This document shows positions 47,901 to 59,900 of a stretch of 64,000 nt of DNA, piece by piece. Origin of the DNA: Tubulanus polymorphus (lineage: Eukaryota > Animalia > Nemertea); the NCBI RefSeq assembly GCF_964204645.1, contig NC_134030.1:21412210-21476209 (forward strand), given 5' to 3'. Each line of letters begins with the position of its first letter. The first letter of the stretch is position 1. The translations under genes and the position numbers were made by a program. The notes beneath the pieces were generated by a model. That model did not search any database and was not told the DNA's origin. It worked only from the letters and a program-made list of their open reading frames with translations.

Positions 47901-50900
47901 ATCAACTTAAGACCAGGCTAAACTCATTTTGGTTCTATAACCACTCTAACATATTAAGACCAGTCTAAGTTCATTTTGGACCATTAACAAATCTAATAAT
48001 TGGAAGACTAGTCTAAGCTCATTTTGGTTCTATAGCCAATCTATCAACTTAAGACCAGGCTAAACTCATTTTGGTTCTATAACCACTCTAACATATTAAG
48101 ACCAGTCTAAGTTCATTTTGGACCATTAACAAATCTAATAATTGGAAGACTAGTCTATGCTCATTTTGGTTCTATAGCCAATCTAACAACTTCAGACCAG
48201 TCTTAAGATTTAGGAACATTCTCATTCCATTTAGGAAAATTTCAAGTCATGACTGCAGAACTGAGCCCTAAGCGTAAAGTTTGACAACATAAAATTAATT
48301 CTGAATACCATAAGCCTCATTTAGGATCTAGATGAAGTAACAAAGAGATTCCGGGAGGATTGGTCTCTCTAACACCCCGAGTTGACTCGTCAAAATCTCA
48401 CTGAATCGAGTCTTCAAGAAGTCATTTTAGTCTAACAAATATGAACATGACTCCTACAGGACTCACCGGTTATATTAAACTGTTTCAGTCTGGCATTGAC
48501 GCGCGCGTCTTGAACTTTCTCCATCACCTTCTGCCACGCTTTGTCGAATGTCTCCGCTTTGACCTTGAACCCGTCGTCGCTCGATATTTCGAACAGCAGG
48601 TGCGGGTAGTTCTTCGAGGTCGCGGCCGACGAGGTTGACGAGGTCGACGGTAGGTCGCGGCACGCGGTCGCGATCACTTCCTCCTCCAGAGCCGGCTGCG
48701 GCAAGCGCGACTCCTGGCGACTGTGCAGAATCGGATGAGCGTCTGAAAAATATACCGTCGAAATATTTGATTTTTGATAGAAATTAGAACAAAACTAATT
48801 TTAAACATTTACAGTAAAAATTCATCGATCCTTTCAGTGCGTGTACACCACAGTGCGGTGTATAAATTAGTAATGGACTTTGCTAGTACAGCGCACCATG
48901 GTGCATTGATACAATTTGTTATTCGTGAGAAAGCACGTTCAGCTAATACACCGCACTATGTAATCACTATTGAAAAAGGCAGCACCTGTCAAACATAAGT
49001 AAATATCAGTAACTAACGATACACCGCACTGCGGCGTAAACTCACTATATCAGTATGTTATTGAACACAATAGGGTGGAATTTTCTTAAATTTTCAGATT
49101 ATCTCCAGCACTGCAAGGATATCAATTAGTCGGCACTGAAAGGGTTTTAACTCTCTGTACACTAGCAGCAGACTGACTGGAGCGCCTGTAAATCAAAGAT
49201 CTAAATTAATTACTCACCCGACGGTTTCGACTTGTGGCTCTGGTTCGAATGCGGAGCCGACGTTTTCGCGATTTTAATCGACGACGATTTCGCCGACCGA
49301 GACTTCATCGCCGCGGTGACCGCGTCCGCACGATCGCGTCGCATCGATTTACTACCGGCGGCGGCGGACTTCGCTTCAGCGGATTTGCGTTTCAGCGGAA
49401 CGACGGCGCGACGGACTGGATCTTGGCGTTGTTGTTGTAGTTGCCGCGGAGGAATTGGCGGAGTCGCGATCGTCTTCGCTGTCAAATTCGGAACGACGTC
49501 CGCTAAATTGATCTTTCTAGTCGACGCGTCCGCGGAGCAGACGGTCGTCGACGACGACGCGTTGACGGCGTCGGATTTCGCGTCGCCGGTCGGCATACGC
49601 ACGACGACCTTCACCCCACCAGGCTGTTTCGCCGCTTCGATCAAATTCGCGATTTCCGGACACATCGGTAACGTGAAACGTTGTACGGTGACTTCGGACC
49701 GCGGCTGGGACGGCGGTGGTTGCGGTAAATAGACGGGTGCGGCGGACGGAATAAACTGCGGACTGTAAATGGCCGATTGCATGGGTACGATTCCCGGCAT
49801 CGACGTCTGCACGACCATCGGCTGATTCAGATAGGTGGCGCCACCCTGAACGAACGTGGGCGTCAGATTCATGGCCGACGCGGCCAGGTTGTTGACGAAT
49901 TGAACTGGTTGTAGCTGCATGCCGGCTATACCAAGCGGACTGCCGGACTGTAACAACGAACCGGACTGTAACAAGGATGCCTGGCCGGACTGTAACAAGG
50001 ATCCGGACTGTAACAAGGATGCTTGTCCGGACTGTAACAACGATCCCGGCTGTAACAAGGTCTGCTGTCCGGACTGTAACAAAGAACCGGACTGCAGCAA
50101 GGACTGTCCGGACTGCAACAAGGACGCGGATTGCAACAAGGACTGACTGGACTGTAACAACGATCCTGATTGTAGCAACGTTGTTTGCAGCGGTTGAATT
50201 CCGGGGATCGGCATGACGATTTGAGTTTGTAAACTCGGCGACTGTTGCAGCGATGCTGTCAGCGGCGACCGCTGCTGCTGCTGCAAAACAGATAACTGAT
50301 TCAACTGCTGCTGCTGCTGCTGCTGCTGATTAGGAGTAAGAAGTGTTTTATTTCGCGGACTCAATGCCGGAATCTGATGGTGATAGGTTTGCGAAACGAC
50401 GGGTGACGACTTCTTATCGCCCGACGCCGATGCTGCCGCCGCTGCTGCTGCTGCCAGCTTGCGATCGCGCTCGTTCAACAACTGTTCGACCGTCTGCTCT
50501 TTGCGTTGGCGCGGCGCCAACGTCTGCTGGGCGATCTCAGACGTGTATTGTTTCTGTAAACTGGCGCTAGAGGTCGCCGTCGACGCCGGTGCGTTCGTTT
50601 TCTTACCGCCGCCGGTTTTCTTCACGGCGATTATCTGAACGTCCTGCTCCTGCTCCTGCTCCTGCTCGGTCTGCGTTTCCTGCTCCTGCTGTTTGACCGG
50701 CTGCGCGTACACGACGCCGACCGTTCCCTCGCGGTCGACATACGAGTACTTCGGTTTCTGACGCGGCGGCGGATTGCTCAACATCTTGTGCAACGTTTCC
50801 AGGTTCTTCGTCGTGTTGTCGCTGTCCTTTTCGACGTCCGAGTCCAGTCCGGAATCGTTGTCCTTCGATTGCGCGTCGTGTAGATCCTCCAGATGGCGAT

Positions 50901-53900
50901 GTGGTAACGGAACGACGACCATTCCGCTACCGGACGCTCGCGGTTCCCGATCGGATACCTTCTCGCCGCAGATTTCCAGACGTATTTTATTCTGCTCCGT
51001 CGTAACGAACGTTTGACAGCTGATATCCACTTTATCGACACACGTTCGATCATCGTCGTCTTTTCTCTCCGATTCACCGCGAATCGTCGCAGTAGATCCC
51101 GACGAATTCGATTCGTTATTCAAACCGACGTTATCGTCGTTGTTCGGTTGAGAATTCGACGATTCGATTGGATTCGAGATTCCGACCCGAGATTCGGTTG
51201 TCGACGGATGTGAATCGAAAGAATCTACAGTAGACTCCGCGGTTCGGGATTCCATCGATTCGACGGGTGCCGATTCGGAATCATTGTGACCTTGATCTTG
51301 ATCGGTTGGACTGGTTTCCGACGAGCAGTAAACAGGCCCAGAATTTAGACTGGTCTCCTGAAGACATTTTTCCTCGGATATATTTGGACTGGTGTCCTGA
51401 AGGCAGACGCCCTCAGACTTATTTGGACTGGTTTCCTGAAGGCAGTTTGAGTCCAACATATTTTGACTGGTCTCCTGAAGGCACTCCGACTTATTTGGAC
51501 TGGTTTCCTGGAGGCAGTTCGACACGGATATTGTTGGACTGGTTTGCTGAAGGCACTCTGACTTTGGACTGGTTTCTGTAATGGAATCGGTGCGCGACTT
51601 GTTCGGACTGGTGTCCTGTGAGCAGCAGACGGAGGACTGATCGCGATCCCTCGATTCATTCGGTCGATTCCTGGCCGCGCGCGTCGACCGTCGACGAAAC
51701 GACGACGGAGGAGTCCGCACGACGCGTCTACGGGAAGATAACAACGCCAGAGGGCGCCCTCGCCCACGTTTAACGGGCGGTTCGCTCGAATCCGCCGCCG
51801 GCTGCTGCGTCGTCTTTTTCTTCTTCGGGGGTCGGCCGCGTCCTCGTTTCTCGATGACCCGCGCCGCCGGAGGAGGAGGAGGAGATGATACTTCATCTTC
51901 GTCTTCCCCTTCGTCGCTGGTCGTACTGACGTCGAAGTCGCACACGTCGACGTGTCGCGCGTAGCTGTCGTGCGTGCGATATAGGCGGCGACACTTGTCG
52001 CACTTGTACGGGCCCTTGTCGCTCGGTTCGCTGCGCGCGAGGCTTTCCGCTTTGATTTTCTGGACGACCTTCTCGTGTAGGGCCTCGTCGCCGTTGCCCG
52101 CGGGCAGTTCGGACATCGTCCTCGACAAGGACTGCACGGCCGCCCGAGCCTTCTCGGCGTCGCCCGCGATCCGATTCGGTGTTCGACGTAACGGGTAACT
52201 TTTCAATAGAGGGCGCCGCTGATCTGACTGGGTATCTCCGTCGGAATGGATGGCTCCGAAATCCGACTGGTCGGCGGCTTCGTCAAACTGGGTGGCTCCA
52301 TCATCCGATTGCTTGTCTCGGGAGTGTAACTGGGTAGCTTGAGACTCCGATTGGGTGGCTCCATCAGAGTGGGAGACTCCAGACTCCAGTTGGTTGGCTG
52401 CAGAATCTAGTGCGGCTCCGGTATCCGGTAGGATGCTTCCGGACTCCACTTGGTCGGCCCCAAGTTCCGAATGAGTAGTATCTTCAGTTCGGGTGGCTCC
52501 CGCTGACTCCGAATGGATGGCTCCGGATTCGATTTGAGCCACTCCACTTTCCGAACGCATTTTACTTTTGGAATCGGATGGCTCCGCGTTCTCCTCGCTC
52601 GCCGCATTGCGACGAGTGTCGACCGTCAAATCGACTGCCTCTAAATCGGTCGACTGATTTGACTCGTCCCCCGTCTGCCGATGAATCATAGCAGCAGACG
52701 ACGGTAGCAAGCGGTCGTCCTCACCAGGTGGCGGCGGCGTGTAAAACAACTGCTGCGGTATATCGACGAACCGGCGTTGTTTACGCGGTGGTTCGGCGTT
52801 CACCACCGGGTAGACGCTGGCGATCTGGTACCGCGCCAACGCCGACGACGGCGCCGTGTGCTTCTCGCGGTGAAATCGTCCGAAATCGACGAATTTTTTC
52901 GGCGCCACGGTCGGCGACGCGTTGCCGCGCGCCATCTCGACGGCGGCGCGCGTCATCAGTTTGTGCCCGATGACGACGCCCTTCGAAACGATCGGCTCGC
53001 GGATCTCGTAGCCCGACAGTCGCCCGCCAGGTTCGTCCCATTTTTCTGATTCCGCCAGAAAACCGTTGCTAAATGGCGGCGCGTCGGCGTAAATCCGTTT
53101 CGAGTCCGCTTTTAAGTCCGTTACCGGTTTCACCTTCGCTGGCGGTGGCACGTAATCGACGATTACGCAGTCCTCGTCCTCATTATCATCATATCCGTTT
53201 GTGGTGGCTTCACCAGCAGACGTAGCTGGATCAACGGTTTGTTTGTCCACACAGGGATTGTCCACTGGATTGACAGGTAAATCATCCAGTGGATTAGCTG
53301 ACGGATTAACAAGTGAATTATCCAGTGGATTAGCTGATGGATTAACAGGTGAATTATCCAGTGGATTGGCAGACCGATTAACAGGTGAATTATCCAGTGG
53401 ATTAGCTGATGGATTAACAGTTGGAATATCCACTAGATTAACAGTTGCATTATCCCGCGCATTATCCACAATCGGACGTTCAGACGTGTTTTCCACTGGA
53501 TTATCGGCTGAATTAACTGATGGATTATCCACAGGATTAACAATAGGCTCGTCCACAACAGCACTATCATCCGAATTAACAAGTGATTTATCCACAACAG
53601 AAATTTTTTCTGGATTAACAATTGGATTGTCCACCGGATTAACGGTAGGATTATCAGCTGGATTATCGGCCGCTAATCCGGATATTTCCGAAAAGTCGAA
53701 CGACTTGCTGTAAGCCATCGGTAACAAGTCGTTGGTCGGGGTTTTATAAGCGGACGCAATCATGCAGTCCGGGGGCGATGAATTCGAACGGGATGTGCGC
53801 AGCCCGGCGACGCGACCCGCCGCGCGCCCCGATCGCGTATCTGCGACGCTGAACTTGAAGTCGTCGATTTTACCGCGATTCCTCGCGGCGGCCATGTTTA

Positions 53901-56900
53901 AACGGTCGACGATCTGCAGTAGCTGCGCGCCCTCCGGGTCGTCCATCGCGCGCGGGTCCAACGCTCGCGACCGCGTCGACGACAACGAACCGAGCAGACG
54001 CAGCGTGTTCGCCGACAGACCGCGTAAAGAGGGCGCCACCGGCCCGGTCGGCGTCGTTTTCGTAACCGCCGACGAGATCGGCGATCGGCTACGATTCGCC
54101 GACGATAATTCCGACAGTTGATCGCGTAGCCAATCGGGTGTGAGCTTTTTCTTCGAATCGCGCTCGACGACGGACGGAGCAAGCGCCTCCGTCTCGGAAG
54201 CCGTTTCCGTCTCGGTCGACGTGTTCAATTCCGATCGCGTCGTTGCGAGTTCTAACGTCGGTACGGCAGATGGCGCCACGTACCGCGGGTGCGCGGGGTC
54301 GTCGTGCACGTACGTCGTGTCGCGGATGCTGATCGAAGGCGAGTCGATTTCGTCGGGTTTCACCTCGATGATTCGACACGTGTAGACGGTGCGTCGCCTC
54401 GCGTCAACCGTGCTCCAATACACACGAGTACAACTACAAAATCAAACAAACAATATTAAATACAGCTGCAAAGCGGCGATAATGGGTTTTCTGCAAAGCG
54501 GCGATAATGGGTTTTCTGCGTTAATGAATTAATTGAAAATTCACTGCACAGATGGATGCAAAAATGGTCGCCAGTCAGCCATCTTTGATTTGCTTATGCA
54601 CAGGTGCACAACAACTACGTACCATATAAAATGGTTTTAACCAAGTCTAATCAAAACTAAGACCTTACTGTCTACACACAGTTTCATCAATACACATCAA
54701 AGCACCGCGAAAATTCTCTAAATAGATAGATACCAAAATGGCCATGATTCGGCCGTCATTGATTTTGTTCATAACAAAAGTTACTGGTGCTCAACTACGT
54801 GCGTACCCCCATCAAGCAGTTGTCCCAAGTTTCATCAAAATACAAGAGTCCATCTAAAACGCAAAGTGGTCGGCCCAAATTTACAATACTGCCTCGCTGC
54901 CTAGGACCTAGGTCTTGATTCAAAATTTACCGAGAAGAACAGCTCTCAAACCTCACCGAACAATAAACTTCTAACACTAAACGTATAGTGCATTCCTATA
55001 TACATGACTTCATAACATATCAGTGTGACCTCTATATCAACTGATAACACTAAAGTACATTTCACAGATTTTCATTCATTCTATTAACTATGATCCCGAT
55101 TTGAAAGTTAAGGACCAAGCGGCAACACAGTCCTGACTGAAGTCCTTACGTTCTAAATCTTAAGACTTAGTCATAAATTCTGAGATTTGATATAAAATTA
55201 AGCGTGTCTTAGATTGGTCTTATATTTAAGCCGTGACAATTAACAATCTAAACATAAACCAATTAGAAAACAACCTGGGGTCAGTTGCTCAAAACAACCC
55301 CGGGTCAGTTGCTCAAAACGACCTTGGACCAGCTGCTCAAAACAACCTGTGGATGGTTGATATAAGAGACAATTAAAAGTTAATTTTTACTATAGAATTT
55401 ATCTGCCAGTTATATTCAAACATCTTTTCAGCAACTGCAGGCCCAGGTCCAGAGTTCAAATTCAATGTTTTGCAATGTTTCAACTCAGAGCTGCGCACAG
55501 AATTGCAATAGTGTCCAGCATTTGTACATTTTAAGACATTATTTGAGATACTGAAGAAAATATGAGCAAATTCGAGGCCTAGGTTGCGCAGTTTGGATTT
55601 ACAAGACAGTTTGAAATGATTTTCAAAAATTAAAATAAATACTGACCAGTAACCGACTGGAAGCAGGACGTCTCTCGTATCGGACATCGCTGTCAGTACT
55701 CCTAAACATTCCACGGTCAGTGAACCTAGAAAATAATCATTAACAAATTCACATACTTGATTACTACACAAGATACCCCAGAACCCTTCTAACTAGTGAC
55801 ACCTGGTGGATCCTCTATTGCTGCAGTAGTTGATGTCCTACTGCACACTAGCGACACCTGGTGCATCCTCAGTTGCCACAAGTGGAATCCTCTATTGCCG
55901 CAGAAGTTGATTTCCTACTGCACGCTAGTGACACCTGGTGGATCCTTGGTTGCCACAAGTGGAATCCTCTATTGCCGCAGTAGTTGATTTCCTACTGCAC
56001 ACTAGCGACACCTGGTGGATCCTCAGTTGCCACAAGTGGAATCCTCTATTGCCGGAGTGTTGATGTCCTATTGTACACTAGCGACACCTGGTGGATCCTC
56101 ACTTGCTATGGTTAAGTCCCTCAAACGATTCAAATTTCCACGTACCTGCCATGATTTTAATTCTCGAAGATTCGAATCCTTGTTGCCATGGTTTTTTCGT
56201 CAATCCGACATTCTCGGTGTCGATACAAACTCGACGCAGCACGGCGAACTCCGTACCTTCAACCGGCTGAAAAACAAAACAACAATACCCGGTGAATCTC
56301 TTGAAATCATTACCAAAAACTTCAATAAATGAATCGATAAATAAATTAATGAAACGATCAGTGTTGTAACGATATTACGCCGGGATCTGTACAACAAATT
56401 GTTCTTTCCTGAATATTGAGTTTTCAAAAAGTTTTAAAGGAGAAAATTAATATTTCAAGGGAGCGTCTGCATCACTTTCATAACCCAATTACGGTAGACT
56501 ACTCCTAAATCATTACCGGTTATCTCACGGCAATCCAGTTATTCGGTGTTTTTGTAAGCAAACTTTTATCATATAGGCCTTAAATAGCATTTTCTGTTTT
56601 GAAGGAGTTTTCAGAGAATTAAGGAGTATTCGTAGGGACCATGTACATCCATTCCCGAAGATGACTAGGGTTACTTATAGAAAACGATAATAAATGACTG
56701 CTAGGATCAGTCGAAACAGCTAATTCAATCATATTTTCTAAAGTAATTCTTTTTCCTTTTTGAGTGTTGAGTTTTTCTTTAAATGAATCAATGTTTGAAA
56801 TGAAGTGAATATTGGACAGGGCTGGACAAGTTTGAGCAGTTGAAATCATCAGGTAGTTAATTTACAATGTTTGAAACCCATCAGAGTAACTTGTCTTGAA

Positions 56901-59900
56901 CAGGGTCCCGCTCTATAAGACTGTCACTGCACCTATAAGTCTATAACTTCAGTTTAAAGATTTCTAGCCGTCAAATATCTGTCAAATGTTTTAAGTCCAA
57001 CCACAGTATACATAAAATCCCTGTTACATAGCTACTAATTCCTGAAGTCTGAGACCTGTGACATAATCACTTCTAATCAGCCAATCATATAACCCTAACT
57101 CTAGGTCAGCTGAAAAGCTGTGACATCAGAACCCTAGCCAGCCAATCACAGTTAACCCTAACCCTAGGTCACCTGACCAGCTGTGACATCAGAACCCTAG
57201 CCAGCCAATCACAGCTAACCCTAACCCTAGGTCACCTGACCAGCTGTCACATCATAACTCTAGCCAGCCAATCACAGCTAACCCTAACCCTAGGTCACCT
57301 GACCAGCTGTCACATCATAACTCTAGCCAGCCAATCACAGCTAACCCTAACCCTAGGTCACCTGACCAGCTGTGACATCATAACCCCAGCCAGCCAATGA
57401 AATCCTTAGATCACTGAAGCTGATTGAGGTGGTCAGTCAGACAGGTGTGTGTGTGTGTGTGTCACTACTCAAACTAGTTCAATACAACACTATGACTATG
57501 TATTCAATATGTGTACAATATAGGAGCACAGTGTGTACAGTGTGTACAGTTATAAATATGGCAAATCCTACGTCAGACTACAGGTCTATAACCTCAGTAT
57601 AAAACTTATAATTTGTCAACAAAGACCTGTGGAACATTTAGGACCAGCCTCAGTTTGATTTGGTTTTATAATCTGGTTTTATAATCAATCTGACCAGTTA
57701 CAACCAGTCAGTCCCAAGATAAAGACCATTCTTTTCCTAAAATCCATTTTCGCAGTCGAGATTTAAGATGTAAGACCATAGCTGAACTCATATTCCGGTT
57801 GTATAGGAAATTAAGATCAGTCTTAATAAAGTTGGAGTGCAAATTTCGGAACAGAACAACTAACAGGAGACCTTTGACTTTGTGAATCTACAACCTCAGT
57901 ATAAAACTCAATCTGAATTAAGAACACGAGTGTTTTCGTTTAGAAACTCACCTTTCCCTCGCACAGGTGACTGTGTTTACGACAGAAGATTTTCTTATCG
58001 CACTGAAACACGCAGCCCATAGACCGCGCGCACATGAAGTGGAAATTGGCGCCACAACCCGGAGCACAGCAGCCTACAGTCGAACCCGGTCGACCACAGT
58101 TATCACATTTCTACAAAAAGAAGCAAAAATTTTCTACAATTGCAATTCAGCATTTTAGATATTAAGACATTTAATCGGCTCACTTTCAAAAGGTCCACAC
58201 TTCACATGTGTTCATTGCTTCACCTGAGACATTTTCAATTGAAAATGAACTACAAACACCAGATATTAGACATTTTATCAGCGCACTTTCAAAAACTGAT
58301 CGTCCACACTTCACATGTGTTCAGTGCTTCACCTGAGACATTTTTAATCGAGAATGAACTACAAACACCAGACATTAGACATTTTATCAGAACACTTTCA
58401 AAAACTGATCTTCCACACTTCACATGTGTTCAGTGCTTCACCTGAGACATTTTTAATTGAAAATGAACTACAAACACCAGATATTAGACATTTTATCAGC
58501 ACACTTTCAAAAACTGATCGTCCACACTTCACATGTGTTCAGTGCTTCACCTGAGACATTTTTAATTGAAAATGAACTACAAACACCAGATATTAGACAT
58601 TTTATCAGCACACTTTCAAAAACTGATCGTCCACACTTCACATGTGTTCAGTGCTTCACCTGAGACATTTTTAATTGGAAATGAAATACAAACACCAGAT
58701 ATTAGACATTTTATCAGCACACTTTCAAAAACTGATCGTCCACACTTCACATGTGTTCAGTGCTTCACCTGAGACATTTCTAATTGAAAATGAACTACAA
58801 ACACCAGACATTAGACATTTTATCAGCACACTTTCAAAAACTGATCGTCCACACTTCACATGTTTTCAGTTGTTCAGACATTATTTCATCAGAACTGAAT
58901 TTCAAGCTGCGTGTAGGCCGGGGAGGGAGGGTGTTTGAATCAATACGTACCAATCTCCTGCCGCGACCGACTGCCGTGCTGACATTCTGTAACGAGCCGT
59001 CGACCTCTTCGTAAACCTCAGCCGACCACATGGCGCAGTTTATATGCACCCAGTCGTTCTGACCCATATACAACAACCTGCCGGCGTGCTACAATATCAA
59101 CAATTACAGCAATCAGGTCGACGTAGAAGGTTAGTTCCTTTTTTTTCAACGAACAGGAACACAGGGGTTTGGCGATGGGCTTGGATTTTATTTCCGGGTT
59201 GTTGATAATCTCGCGAGAATGGCTCTAAATATGAACTGCGAATAAATTCAAAATATCACGGAAATACCTTGTGTTTATATTGTTTATTTATCCGCTATAA
59301 AGTTCCGATAAAAAATTGGTCGTTAAGGATCATCATCAGACGGTCGTGACGCTCTACATAAAATCACAAGGGATAAAATATATATCACAATATCGAACTT
59401 ACATGCGGAATTTCATCCCCGAACACGAGACACAACTGACATCTGCGCGAATCCTCGACATCTTGATCCGGTTCGGAGGGCGCTAGCGATTCTAGGTCAT
59501 CTTCTAAATCAACTGAAATTCAAAAGAAACAAAGAACATAATTTCAGAATCAGGGTAGCGCGAGATTCCGCACAATTTTTCCCCCAGCTGAGATTTCAAT
59601 GATTCTTCCATGTGTTTACACAAAATTCCCAGTGAGTGAATCAGAGGAATTTCTAGGATTAAAATATTAAGATTCATTCATTTTTCATTGAATCACGTAT
59701 TGAAAAAGAAACACGTGGTCAATAGCATTATCTGAATTCCCTGAATTAACAGGTTTTTTTGGTTAAAATTCACGACTTTTTCTATATTTTTCTGATTTCC
59801 TGGGTTCTCCACACACAGTGGCGCCACCCGCCAGGACAGACGGAGACGATCAGGACGGACGCGGAAAAAAAAAATATCGAAAAATTGATTTACATTTAGG

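Noticed and set aside
49232-54385. Many + strand and alternate-frame ORFs, also 61358-62820
   Set aside because: They are antisense or shadow frames of the GC-rich trx exons.
58140-59014. Series of near-identical short ORFs
   Set aside because: They are translations of the 109-bp intronic tandem repeat.
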